A DNA stretch of 64,000 nt from Octopus bimaculoides (GCF_001194135.2 NC_068989.1:10451761-10515760), one strand, 5' to 3'; shown: positions 25,510 to 37,249, counted from the stretch's first letter. Made by a program: numbers and translations. The notes: generated by a model from the letters alone, not told the origin.

Positions 25510-25924
25510 TTCTTTTACTCTTTTACTTGTTTCAGTCATTCGACTGTGGCCATGCTGGAGCACCGCCTTTAGTCGAGCAAATCGACCCCAGGACTTATTC
25601 TTTGGATGCCTAGTACTTATTCTATCGGTCTCTTTTGCCGAACCGCCAAGTTACGGGGACGTAAACACACCACCATCAGTTGTCAAGCGATGTTGGGGGG
25701 GACAAACACAGACACACAAACATATACACACACATACATATATATATATATACATATATACGACAGGCTTCTTTCACTTTCTGTCTACCAAATCCATTCA
25801 CAAGGCTTTGGTTGGCCCGAGGCAATAGTAGAAGACACTTGCCCAAGGTGCCACGCAGTGGGACTGAACCCAGAACCGTGTGGTTGGTAAGCAAGCTACT
25901 TACCACACAGCCACTCCTGCGCCT
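25510..25924 (-). mobile_element. Family B SINE, full length
   Basis: Near-identical to 5610-6003. Confidence 0.85.
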
Positions 25925-26188
25925 AGATGACTTTTCTGACACTAATCATTATCTGTTATGCATGAGTAATTTAGATTGTACATAAAATGGCATTACACAC
26001 ACACAAAGTCTTTTGTTTATCATTTTAATCTTCTTCCTGGTTGTATAGTCTCAGATCAATTCTAATCAAGTAGAACTTTGATATGCAGCAAGTATTTATT
26101 CTATCATGTATAAAAGATGAAAGTCACAATTTTTTATTTTCTTGTGTTAGTTATGAGGCTTCAAAAAAATCAAATTTTTATGTTTCAG

Positions 26189-29100
26189 AGACAGGTAATC
26201 ACTTGGACTTTGCCGCACCAAATGATGTAGATGAAAATACTACTTGGAATGACCATTTACATTTAAGTACCAATCAAAATGTTACTGATCAAACCAGTTC
26301 TGTGACAATGGTCAATACTGAAAGGATAACTGATCCTAACACAAAAACAAATATAAGTCATGATTCCATAAAGAGACAAGAAAATTCACTTAAAGCTGCT
26401 GTTACTATACCCAGCTGGACAAGTTCTACAGGTGTTTGGGGCTATAGATTCCTTGCAGCAATCACAAGCAATTCCTTTGATCTTCAACACTCAAAAGAAT
26501 TAAGTGATGTTTTTAATTTTCTCCACAACAAAACTCTAGTTGAGAAAAGTTCTATCTTTACAAATCTGACTAGAAATATCAGTGAGGACATTACTGGCCT
26601 AGATGTCGACAAAGGTCACAGTAATCAATCTGAAATCAAACAAGTGAACTTGTCCATAACTACATTGACCCTACATAGAGAAAATAACACTAATCCCAGG
26701 ACTAAGCAAGAGAACAATTCGCATGAATCAATCAATGTAAAAACTGGTATTAACATAAAACCTTCTGGTTCTGGTTGGCTGGCCATTCCTTTTCAGTATT
26801 TAACGAGGGCTTCTTCACAAAACAAACAAAATTCATCAAGCAGCAATCACACGAATAGTAAGCATGAAAAACAAAAATCTCGTAAAGATCTGCCAGCAGA
26901 AGTTGGGATTATAAATTCCAACAAAACTGCAACAGTTCAAAATTATATGGCAAACACTGACATGAATAAAGATAATCCTTTGCAGGGACCCAATAATCTA
27001 GTGGGGATTACAAATAATCCATTTGATCTTTCTGAAAAGAATGACAGTAACATATTTAAGAGCTCACTTACACCTGTTAAAACTGATAAGAGTAGCTACA
27101 AAGATTATATAGGAAAACAGGGGAATCTTAATTCAGATATCAAGAAAATTCCAGTTGTTACCAATAGTCAAAGAAATGTAACCGACATGTTATCAGATAT
27201 TATTATGGAAGACAACAACTCTACATTGAAGCTTCCAGTTGACACCTTTGATGAGACAACTATTAGAACATCACAACCTGGTTCAGAATCTGGGAATAAA
27301 GCCATTGTTTCAGATTTGTATCTGCTTTCTTCCTCTGCTAATGTAACTAGGAATCAGCTAGAGATTGAAAAAACATACATAGCCAGTGGATTGAGTCAGG
27401 ATCATCCTAATGCTATAATCTCAAATTCAGGCTCAACCACTAATTCTTTTAAAGATATACTCTCTTCTCTGGTCACTTCTACTTCCAATGACAGGCCAAA
27501 GGCCCCAGGAATGGGAAAAGGAAATTTAACACCAAATCATACCCATATGAGAAATATAGGCCTCAAATCAACAGATGAATCCCATTTCGTGCAAGATGTT
27601 TCAATAACTCCTTTGATCAACAAATATTTAAACAAAAGTGATTACATTGCTACAACAAGCAGGTCCTCCCCAGACAGGGACCAACAACCTGTTATTTTAC
27701 AGAAGGTAACCACAAAAAGAAGCCAACAAGGTTTTATTGCATTAAAAGCATCTACTACAAACAGAATACCACAAGCTGTTGTTATATCAGAGTCAGACAG
27801 AAATAGCGACCAGCAAAGTATTATTACATCACAGAAGCCTACTACAAACTGGAACCAGCAAATTGTTGGTATACTCCAGTCAAACAGAGACAGGGCTCAA
27901 CAAAATATTGATACACCCCAATCAACTAGAAACAGGGATCAACAAGGTATTGATACAGCACAGAAGCCTACCACAAATGTGAGCCAGCAAGTTGTTGATA
28001 TATTCCAGCTCAACAGAGACAGGGGTCAACAAGATGTAGCTAACACAAAGTCAACTAGAAATAGGGACCAGCTAAGTGGTGTTACATTACATGAATTCAC
28101 CACAGTTAAAAGCCAGTTAGTTGCTGTTACACAGAAGTCTATCACAGACATGAATCAGCAAGATGCTTCTCTACAAATGTATACTGTCACAGTGACAAGT
28201 CCTTATCACAGGACATTCACAACAGTTGAACCCCCTCTGCCTCAGCATTCTCAGGGCATTGTGTCCCCAACAATACCTATTACAAAGAGTAACACTGATA
28301 CCACTGTTTGGTCCCAGGATTTGAATTTATTGAAAAACACAGTGAAAGCCGATAATGAAAATTTGACCATCGGAGCTGTCCATCAAGCTGATTTCCAGAT
28401 TGACAATAACATTAAGAAAGAGCATCCAACCGACTCTGAAGAAGATACTGGTGTAACTGCTTTTATGTCTGCAGGATTTGGTTGGGTAAAGATTCCTGTC
28501 AATAAAACTTTACCTGACAATAACATTGGAAATGACACTCATAATGCATTTACCAAAAAGGGTTATAAAAAGCCCACGAAACTCAGTATTGTCACCGAAT
28601 CTATGAAAGGCTCGCTACTAGCTTCTATAATCACAAATATCACCAATAGATTAACAACTAACCAGAATGTAGATGTTACTAATACTAAACCACTACATAG
28701 TTTTCACCCTACACAAAATTCTACTGCAACAAGATTGAATGTAATTAAACCCCTAGATTCTAATGTTTTAGCTTCATTTGCTCCTGAGGAAGTGCTTGTA
28801 ACTAGTAAAATAACTGAGAAAAATGTTATATATATGGTGAATCATGATACATCCATAGTAAACCCTCTTGAGATTAATGTGAATACAAATTATAATTCAA
28901 CAACTAATACTCCGAATATTACAACAGCGTTTACACCTAATACCACTCGAAGAAAGGTTCAACATTCTGCCTCAACTGAGAGCTCTCCAAGACCAATATC
29001 AACAGAAATAAAGCATTTACAAAATGTTCCTACTTTTGAGCAAAACAAATCTTTGACACACCTGCTAAATGTAACTTCTGATCTTCTTCATGTGTCAAGC

Positions 29101-29496
29101 TCTAAATGGTCCCATAACCTGACTAAAACACATCCACTACATATCTCTGTTCCTCAGTTTATAAGTAATACAACCCAAGATGTGCCCACTACATCAAACC
29201 AATTTATATCCTCACCAAAATTTATATCAGATCAACAGCAATTCACCAATAATTCTTCCAGTCATGAGGCAGTGACTGTATCTTCTCCAAAGCCTCTCAC
29301 TTCAATTAATGGTTTTACCGCACCAAATCCTCCATATATGGGTTTGGTATCACCTTCAAACCAATCTGTTATGAAATTAAAAGTGACCCCAGATCGTATT
29401 TCTGACAATATGTTTGCAGTAAAAGCTGCAACTGCAACAGCTTCTAGCTTCACAGCCACAAAGTCTTCATTACAAAAGAAACAAAAAAACAAGTAA
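26189..29496 (+). CDS. SEA-mucin gene giant exon: ~1100-aa Ser/Thr/Asn-rich mucin-like ectodomain
   Basis: 3.4-kb stop-free ORF (26083-29496) in AT-rich DNA. Acceptor TTTTATGTTTCAG|AG at 26189 is phase 1, matching the previous exon. Many N-x-S/T sequons; no Cys downstream of the acceptor. Confidence 0.88.
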
Positions 29497-29532
29497 TTAA
29501 TAGAAATATTGTCAAATTGTTAAGTTCACAAC

Positions 29533-29640
29533 CAGGGACAGATTAAGATCCACAGAGGCTCTAAGCATCTAAAAGATTTTGGTGCCGCCATTATGTAATT
29601 CAAAATATAAACAATAATAAACCATAAAATATATCGACAG
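29533..29640. mobile_element. hAT-like transposon terminal fragment
   Basis: CAGGGACAGATTAAG...CTAAGCATCTAAAAGATTTTTGGTGCC...TATGTAATTCAAAATATAAACAAT matches the end of the hAT remnant at 62504. Confidence 0.6.
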
Positions 29641-29811
29641 GAACTGTCAAGGCCAGAGACCACACCAAGCTCCATTGTCCATTTTGGCTTGATTTCTACA
29701 GCTGGATGCCATTCCAAACGCCAACCACTTCACATAGAGTACTGGATGTTTTTTTGTTTTTTACATGACATCGGCACCAACACCAATGATATATATTTTT
29801 TTAATTCTTTT

Positions 29812-30143
29812 TCTTTTATTTGTTTCAGTCACCACCTTTTAGTCGAACAAATCGACTCCAGGACTTACTCTTTGTAAGCCTAGTACTTATTCTATCAGTC
29901 TCTTTTGCCAAGCCGCTAAGTTATGGGGACATAAGCACACAAACATCAGTTGTCAAAAGATGGTGGGGGGACAAACACAGACACAAACATATATATACAT
30001 ATATATGACAAACTTCTTTCGGTTTTCATCTACCAAATCCACTCACAAGGCTTTGGTCGGCCCGAGGCTATAGCAGAAGACACTTACCCAAGGTGCCACA
30101 CAGTGGGACTGAACCCAGAACCATGTGGTTGGTAAGCAAGCTA
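29812..30143 (-). mobile_element. Family B SINE, slightly truncated
   Basis: Homologous to the other family B copies. Confidence 0.8.
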
Positions 30144-31585
30144 CAAGGATTATCTAGAAATGATTATCTCCCTTACATTAATTGACCACATGGTTACAAC
30201 TTGTTATCTAAAAATAATTTCCATGTTTGCAAAGGCGTTGCTGATCAGAATGGCCAAGCGATACTCGCTGCAACAGCCACCCAACCCCATGAGGCTCATT
30301 TCTCAAACGGGCCACAGTTATCCGGATTCTGCGGAGGAAATCAGTCTGGGATATACAATTCTCCCGCCACCATCTCCTGCTGTTTAACCCTGCATTTTTT
30401 CATTTTCTTTGTTTCCTTTGTGAGGTAGTTCTGATTTTTTTTTTTATACTTCTAATATAGTGACTTTTCTTTTTCTTCCTGCAAAAGTATGTTGCTAAAT
30501 AAAAATCTATTTTATATTAAAAAAAAAAATTAATTTCCATGTTTATTATTCAAGTTCCTGAAAATAAAACAAAGAATGTTAAATTAAAAATGTTTCTAGT
30601 AATAAATATTTCAACTATTAACAAAGAGAAAGAAATTTTAAATATGTTATCTTTTTTGATCGTGGTTACAAATTTGTGGAATACTTTATATATTAGTTAT
30701 ATATGTCAAAACTTGGAAATCACAACTAACAGCCAGATGCCATGCATGTGGCCAATCCTTACCTGGTTCCAAGGTGTTGTGGAAAGATCCTGACCACCCC
30801 CCCGTGACCAAAAGTGGACTGACTCATTTCAATAAAATAAAGAAACTGTGTGAACTGTTGACATTTGTGAAAATCGATTTTTGAAACTGTTATTGAAATT
30901 GTTGATGGATTTGTTGATTGAACTATTGTTGAATTTGTTTTTTCTACCCATTGATGGGCACGGAAGCTGGCAGCTATGCTGCGGTGGCGGGGCAGAAGCC
31001 CGGCACCCAACATGTTGCAGCTAAGGGAAGTTGAGACGGAAGGGAGAGATTTTAAGGAATACAATTGACTAATTGTGAAGGAGGGAGATTGCCTCCGCTT
31101 AACACCACCAGCCGACACGTTACAAAGAGCGGAGAAAAAGAGGGTGGACATTGGAATTAGACACTGAGGGAAAATGGCTGTAACTTTTTTATTTTTTAAG
31201 TTAGGCGATTTTCGTGTTCGATAATGTGTTCTATATGTCCCGGTCATGCGATTCCCCCTAAAAAATTTTTTTGCGATTTGGATTGTCCGCGTTTAGCTGT
31301 TATTTCTAGCATATCAAGTTTCGTGGTGGGGACTCCACATGTGATCCTTTTTCTGTTTCAATAGAAATTGAAGCCGTTCATTTTCACATCTAAGTTGCGA
31401 GAAGGCTACTCGTACGACCTGGACATGTAGAACACAATGANNNNNNNNNNCATATCAAGTTTCGTGGTGGGGACTCCACATGTGATCCTTTTTCTGTTTC
31501 AATAGAAATTGAAGCCGTTCATTTTCACATCTAAGTTGCGAGAAGGCTACTCGTACGACCTGGACATGTAGAACACAATGAAAAT

Positions 31586-31830
31586 TAAAAATAATAGGAT
31601 CGACCACTCACGACTAGCTAGCGCGGACGCGCGAACTTTCGAGTAATAGATAGATAGATAGAGAGAGAGACAGACAGACATATAGCTCGCTCCGGCCAGT
31701 CATGGTATTAGCTGTCAGTAGCCAAAGAATCGACAGGCCAGCAACAGGCATGCAGGCAGACAGGCTGACAGACAGATGCTTCAGAGAGCACTTTCACTTC
31801 TGACAGCTAAATAGCATGATAGTGCCAAGT
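31586..31830. repeat. Unclassified repeat copy 1 with internal inverted repeat CATGGTATTAGCTGTCAG...CTGACAGCTAA
   Basis: Reverse complement of 36716-37045; same orientation as 37250-37370. Confidence 0.75.
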
Positions 31831-32319
31831 GGCGTCATGGCTTACCTAAGATATAACAAAATTGTTATTCACCTGAATTTTTGAATTCACAACGTAAAGG
31901 GAGAGCACTCTTCTGATTCAGTTGATTTAGTGCCCTTGAAGAACAATTGCTTTCTATCCAAGGTAAAAAGCCTAACATTTTATGAGAGAGGGTTAGTCAA
32001 TAGCATCAACTCTAGTATTTGGTTGGTACTTTATTTTATCAATTCCAAAAGGATGAGAGGCTAACTGAACTTGACAGGAATTGAACTCAGAATGAATGGA
32101 ACAAATACCACAAGACATTTTGTGGGATACGAACAATTCTGCCCTTAAATAATTATAAAAATTACTTCTCAGACTAAAAGCCTCGGAGGTGGGTGTAAAC
32201 TATAAAATTACTTCTGGCACTTCCCTGATATTTTGTTTTATTGACCCTGAGAGGATAAAAACGAAGTCGACTTTGATAGGAATGGAACTCAGAACATAAT
32301 GACAATATTCTTTTCTACT

Positions 32320-32880
32320 CTAGGCACAAGGCCCGAAATTTTCAGGGAGGGGGCCAGTCGATAAGATCGACCTCAGTATGCAACTGGTACTTAATTTATT
32401 GACTCTGAGAGGATGAAAGGTAAAGCCGACCTTGGCGGAATTTGAACTCAGAACGTAAAGACATGAAATACCGATAAGCATTTCGCCCGGTGCAAACAAG
32501 GACAAACAAGGATGGGGCAAACAAGGACAGACAAAGGGATTAAGTCGATTATATTGACCCCAGTGCGTGACTGGTACTTAATTTATCGACTCTGAAAGGA
32601 TGAAAGGCAAAGTCGACCTCGGCGGAATTTGAACTCAGAACGTAGCGGCAGACGAAATACCGCTAAGCATTTCGCCCGGCGTGCTAACGTTTCTGCCAGT
32701 TCGCCACCTTGACAATATTGTTTCAAATTTTGGAATAAGGGCCGCAATTTTAGAGGAAGACCATAGTTGATTACATCAACCCCAGGACTCAACTGGTATT
32801 TATTTTATAAACTTTAAAATGACGAAAGGCAAAGTCAACTTCAGTGGGATTAGAACTTAGATGAAATGCTACTAAACATT
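32320..32880 (-). mobile_element. Three head-to-tail family A SINEs
   Basis: Family A core repeats at ~32400, ~32590 and ~32820, with two different tails. Confidence 0.75.
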
Positions 32881-33770
32881 TTATCTGGAGATTTGGTTAT
32901 TATTTCTAGCTTCCTCTGCCACTGTTTGTTTGAGGGTACAGATGGAACTGATTCTTTAAAGGTGTCTTGCCACCAGTTGGCAGGAGCTCAACTCAGTGAG
33001 TAGTGTTGTCTCAAGAGGCTACCCTATTTCCTAATATTCTCACCTGCAGTCATTGACTTCCAGATGAGATAGGTATGTGGATCAAAGTAAATAGTTAACA
33101 GCAATCAATAAGCTGTTATTTCAGCCTCCCTTCTTCTTACTTCTCCGGTATTGGAAGTCCAGCAAAGGTCACAGGTACTACCCATTGTCCTTTGACTAAA
33201 TTATAAAATTAAATAAAAGCCTTTTAATAAGTGAGGCTGGAAGGTAAAAAAGAGCAGAATCAATAAACTTTTAACAATTCAACATTTTGACTGGAAACTT
33301 TTAATACTCTACTAACCCTTTCAAGATAGACTGGCTACTTTTGAGGATGGTGCCATTAAAATTACTGTATATGATGGCAAATAAGACTTTTTTTTTCCCA
33401 AGAAAATGTTTAAAAAAAAAAATTACCATGGGTCCTATATACGATGTTGAGACTACCATAAGCTTTAATGCATAAAACTTTTAGCGGAGGTAAAAAAAAA
33501 CAAAAAAACGCACACCACCTGTTTTCGGCGTAACAAAAACCCTAAACACCAGGTGTGTGCTTTCTTTATTTACCTTCGCCAATTTTTTTACTCTCCTGAA
33601 TATGCGCTGCTGAAATTGGGAAACTCTTATACGCCCGAGTGTCTTTTATGCCATCAAATACGGTACATACAGAAGTATACAAACATTAAACTCAACACTA
33701 AACAACTGGTAAAATCAGTGCTTCATTCAAGAAAAAACGGTGTGTACAATAAACTACAATAATTTTTGAC

Positions 33771-35405
33771 TTAACGTTTTGTCTTCGCTAATTTCTCTTT
33801 GCGTTTTTTCACATGCTTTGGGACTTTTTGACTTCTTGACTTTTGTTTCGCTTCTTTCACTAATTTTTTACGGTTCTTGCGACTATTGGGCGATTCGTTC
33901 CTGGATCTATGGTGAATATTTTCTTCAACGTTCTTACCACTGTCTTCGTTTTCATCATCACTATCCTGTCCGCTATCATCTGTTTGGTCAGAGTTTTCTG
34001 CAGACTCCTCTGCAGAACAAGTTTCATCATTTTGTTTTTCAAGTAATAATGGTTCTTTTTGTGGTCCGCTTAAATCTGGTTTTTGACCAACAACTGTCTG
34101 ATAGTACACCTGATCTGTGTCTCCTTTCTTAGCATTTAAAATATCACGTTCAAAATTAACAACTTCATCGAGATTTCTTGGGATAAAAATCTTCTTAAAC
34201 ACCTCCTCGTCTACTTTGTCTTGTTGCGTAATTTCTTCCAAAGTTCTCCCAGCAGTAATGGCCATAGCCTTATCTAGATAATCGTCCACGTTCGTGTCGG
34301 TTATAGAAGAATCAGTGACAAAATCGAATAGTTCCTTTACAGTTAAACCACAAACAGAATGTTTACGGAAAAAGTCCGTCACATTTGTACAGTCTTTACG
34401 TAAGAAAAACAATGCGTTAGGGTGGTCGTGTTCAACCGATTGAGAAACATCGATCAAATAGATTTTCCCTTCGTGAAACAACATGTTGAATTCACTTAGA
34501 TCAGCGTGAACTAACCGACATTCATGATACAAGGTTCTCATCATTAAAATACAATCGAGATACAACACACGAGCTTTTGATTCTGTTAAGACAGCTTCGT
34601 GGAGCAAAGGTGCTGGCCAGCCGTCTTTCCCGATAAACTCCATTAGGAAAACATGACTTCGTAAAAGAATAGGTTTCGGACACAAAATACCAGACTGATG
34701 TATTCTTTGAAGATTTCGCATTTCTTTCTCAGCCCACGTTTTGACCATCTTTCTGGGATTCCGCTTGCAGTATCCATGTCGAAATCTAAATTCACCCGAG
34801 ACGTATTTGTCTCGATCTTTAAAGACCAAAATCGAAGTTTTGTAAATTTTTACAGCGATATCAAAATCATCTTTTCCTGTGGCATGGTAAACATTGGCTT
34901 CCTTGCCAGTGCTAATACAACCGTTTATATTATATATGACACCACGACCTAGTAATTTAAAAATTATCATTCGAGTCCGTGGATCAAGAGCCTGTTCTGA
35001 AGTGGCTCGCTCAGACTTGTCTTTTCCTCGAAGACGTTCCGCTTCGGCTTTCCTTTCCGATTTACTAAAAAAACAATTTGATGGTCCTTCGTATTTCGTG
35101 GTTTTCATCTTCAAATCGAGAACATTTTTAAGAACTTTATCAAGAGGCTGATAAGACTCCTTCGTATTTTTACTTTGTGACGCTGATTGATGTGAATTCG
35201 TTGGTCCGCCTGACATGGCAGTGTTATATCTCTTCGTGAAATTTCCAGACATGTTGGTCCATTCAAAACTCAGGTCATCATCGTAATCATCCGAAGAATC
35301 TTCAATTTCTTCACTTGAAGAACTGCTGTAAACTTCCTTTTCGATTTTTTCTTGTGGAATAGGCTCTGATGTATCTTCTACGGCATCGTCGAACTGTCCA
35401 TCCAT
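33771..35405 (-). CDS. RIOK1: Serine/threonine-protein kinase RIO1, single coding exon, 544 aa
   Basis: RIO1 motifs: [95 protein letters not shown], and an acidic then Lys-rich C-terminus. AATAAA on the minus strand at 33565-33570. Confidence 0.97.
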   Translation of the reverse strand: MDGQFDDAVEDTSEPIPQEKIEKEVYSSSSSEEIEDSSDDYDDDLSFEWTNMSGNFTKRYNTAMSGGPTNSHQSASQSKNTKESYQPLDKVLKNVLDLKMKTTKYEGPSNCFFSKSERKAEAERLRGKDKSERATSEQALDPRTRMIIFKLLGRGVIYNINGCISTGKEANVYHATGKDDFDIAVKIYKTSILVFKDRDKYVSGEFRFRHGYCKRNPRKMVKTWAEKEMRNLQRIHQSGILCPKPILLRSHVFLMEFIGKDGWPAPLLHEAVLTESKARVLYLDCILMMRTLYHECRLVHADLSEFNMLFHEGKIYLIDVSQSVEHDHPNALFFLRKDCTNVTDFFRKHSVCGLTVKELFDFVTDSSITDTNVDDYLDKAMAITAGRTLEEITQQDKVDEEVFKKIFIPRNLDEVVNFERDILNAKKGDTDQVYYQTVVGQKPDLSGPQKEPLLLEKQNDETCSAEESAENSDQTDDSGQDSDDENEDSGKNVEENIHHRSRNESPNSRKNRKKLVKEAKQKSRSQKVPKHVKKRKEKLAKTKR

Positions 35406-35699
35406 GTTGTCGGATAACAGAAATAAAAATTAAAAGTTTACAGCAACTTGACAAAACAGGCAAGTTCTGGTCAGATATAAATGGACTTATGGGTAATTTT
35501 ATTTATAAAACAAAATAGCTTCTTATGAAACTATTTTGATAATGTTTAGAGCGAAAAAGTTTCATACATAAAATATAACTTTCTTTTTCATTCATAATTA
35601 TCATACGTGAAACTTTATTAATAGACACAAACCACGAGGGAATAGTTACGAAGTAACTGGAACCGGTGTCAATGCAAATTATGTACCTGTGGTAGAAAG

Positions 35700-36076
35700 A
35701 ATTGTTGTTGTTGGCACTCCGTCGCTTACGACGTCGAGGGTTTCAGTTGATCCGATCAACAGAACACCCTGCTCGTGAAATTAACGTGCAAGTGGCTGAG
35801 CACTCCACAGACACGTGTACCCTTAGTGTGGTTCTCGGGGATATTCAACGAGACACAGTGTGACAAGGCTGACCCTTTGAATTACAGGCACAACAGAAAC
35901 AGGAAGTAAGAGTGAGAGAAAGTTGTGGTGGAAGAGTACAGCAGGGTTCGCCACCATCCCCTGCCGGAGACTCGTGGAGCTTTAGGTGTTTTCGCTCAAT
36001 AAACACTCACAACGCCCGGTCTTGGAATCGAAACCGCGAGTCCGCTGCCCTAACCACTGGGCCGTTGCGCCTCCAC
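35700..36076 (-). mobile_element. tRNA-derived SINE, family D
   Basis: Head GTGGAGGCGCAACGGCCCAGTGGTTAGGGCAGCGGACTCGCGG...TTCGATTCC and tail ...GCCAACAACAACA. Second copy at 42613-42970. Confidence 0.85.
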
Positions 36077-36715
36077 CGGTAGAAAGAATTACACTGATGA
36101 CTAAGGCTTGTTGGACCGACATCAAAGAAAAACAGATGACAAAGAATAGGAATACCATTTTCATAATTTATTTGGTTAACAGTTGCATTTGCGTGTTGGA
36201 TACAGAAAGCTTGATTTGAAAAACGGACAAATATGCTGCTACATGAAGTTACCAACTTCTTCGAGTCGGCGAAGTAAAAGCGGAGGAAAGAGAATGCTTA
36301 TGTGACGAGATAGTATAAGGCATCTTATGTGTCTGTGTGTGCGTTCGTCATTTGGTCGGGTTGTGTTGTTTTTCTGATTGTGGTATGCAACTGCTAATGT
36401 ATTGTGTCGACGGTCACTGCTTGCCCATCTCTGGCTATGTGTCTCACTGCTTGCTGATAACTGGTGTGTGTGTGTACAGAATTCGGTATTTATAATGGCC
36501 ATCCTAGCTAGAAGGATGGGTACTTTTTGGTTATTTCACCCCCATTAAAAAATTGGGTTATCTCTCCACGTTTTATGAGAAATATCGGTTACTTTTGGTT
36601 ATTTCCCCTCAACTAAAAATATTGTTTAACCCTCAATAAAAAAAAAAAGAAAAAGAAAAAATTAATAAACATGGAAAGTAAAAAGATGAAATGTCTTATT
36701 GAATCTGATAATATT

Positions 36716-36841
36716 TTGGCACTGTCATGGTATTAGCTGTCAGAAGTGAAAGTAGAAAAATCTGAAGGAACGTTACTGCTGGTTTGAGTTGATTCTTTGG
36801 CTACTGACAGCTAATACCATGACTGGCCGGAGCGAGCTATA

Positions 36842-36876
<35 letters not shown>

Positions 36877-37045
36877 ATCTATCTATCTATCACTCGAAAG
36901 TTATTGGAACAAATTTGACACCTATATCCATGCGTTTGAAAACACACAGAGTATAAGGGTACTACTAAAGCAGAGTGGTCCCGAACGCGCAGTCGCGTGT
37001 CCGCGCTAGCTAGTCGTGAATGGTCGATCCTATTATTTTTAAACT
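36716..37045. repeat. Unclassified repeat copy 2, inverted relative to 31586-31830
   Basis: GATTCTTTGGCTACTGACAGCTAATACCATGACTGGCCGGAGCGAGCTATATGTCTG...CGCGCTAGCTAGTCGTGAATGGTCGATCCTATTATTTTT is the reverse complement of the left copy, plus a ~100-bp insert. Confidence 0.8.
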
Positions 37046-37249
37046 TCAAACTTCATTTGTTTTCTATTTTGATAAATTCTCTCTGTTGAAAATTATATTT
37101 TTATATTTTAAATAATTTGCAATTTCAGAAAATATATTTTTATATTAAATTTGCGTTTTCTAATTTGATAAATTCTACGGACACAAACAGAGGTGAACGA
37201 GTGATAGATAGATAGATATATATATATAGAGAGAGAGATAGTGAGATAG

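Noticed and set aside
26083-26188. ATG at 26083 as the start of a single-exon 1137-aa gene
   Set aside because: A phase-matched acceptor at 26189 links the ORF to upstream TM/SEA exons, and the first 35 codons look intronic.
31311-31580. Exact 130-bp direct duplication
   Set aside because: The two copies sit on either side of a 10-N gap; this is a typical contig-overlap artifact.
33779-35151. Several + strand ORFs opposite RIOK1
   Set aside because: Antisense shadows of the real CDS.
35480-35497. Staf/ZNF143-like motif TTACCCATAAGTCC upstream of RIOK1
   Set aside because: Only a partial match to the consensus; too weak to call.
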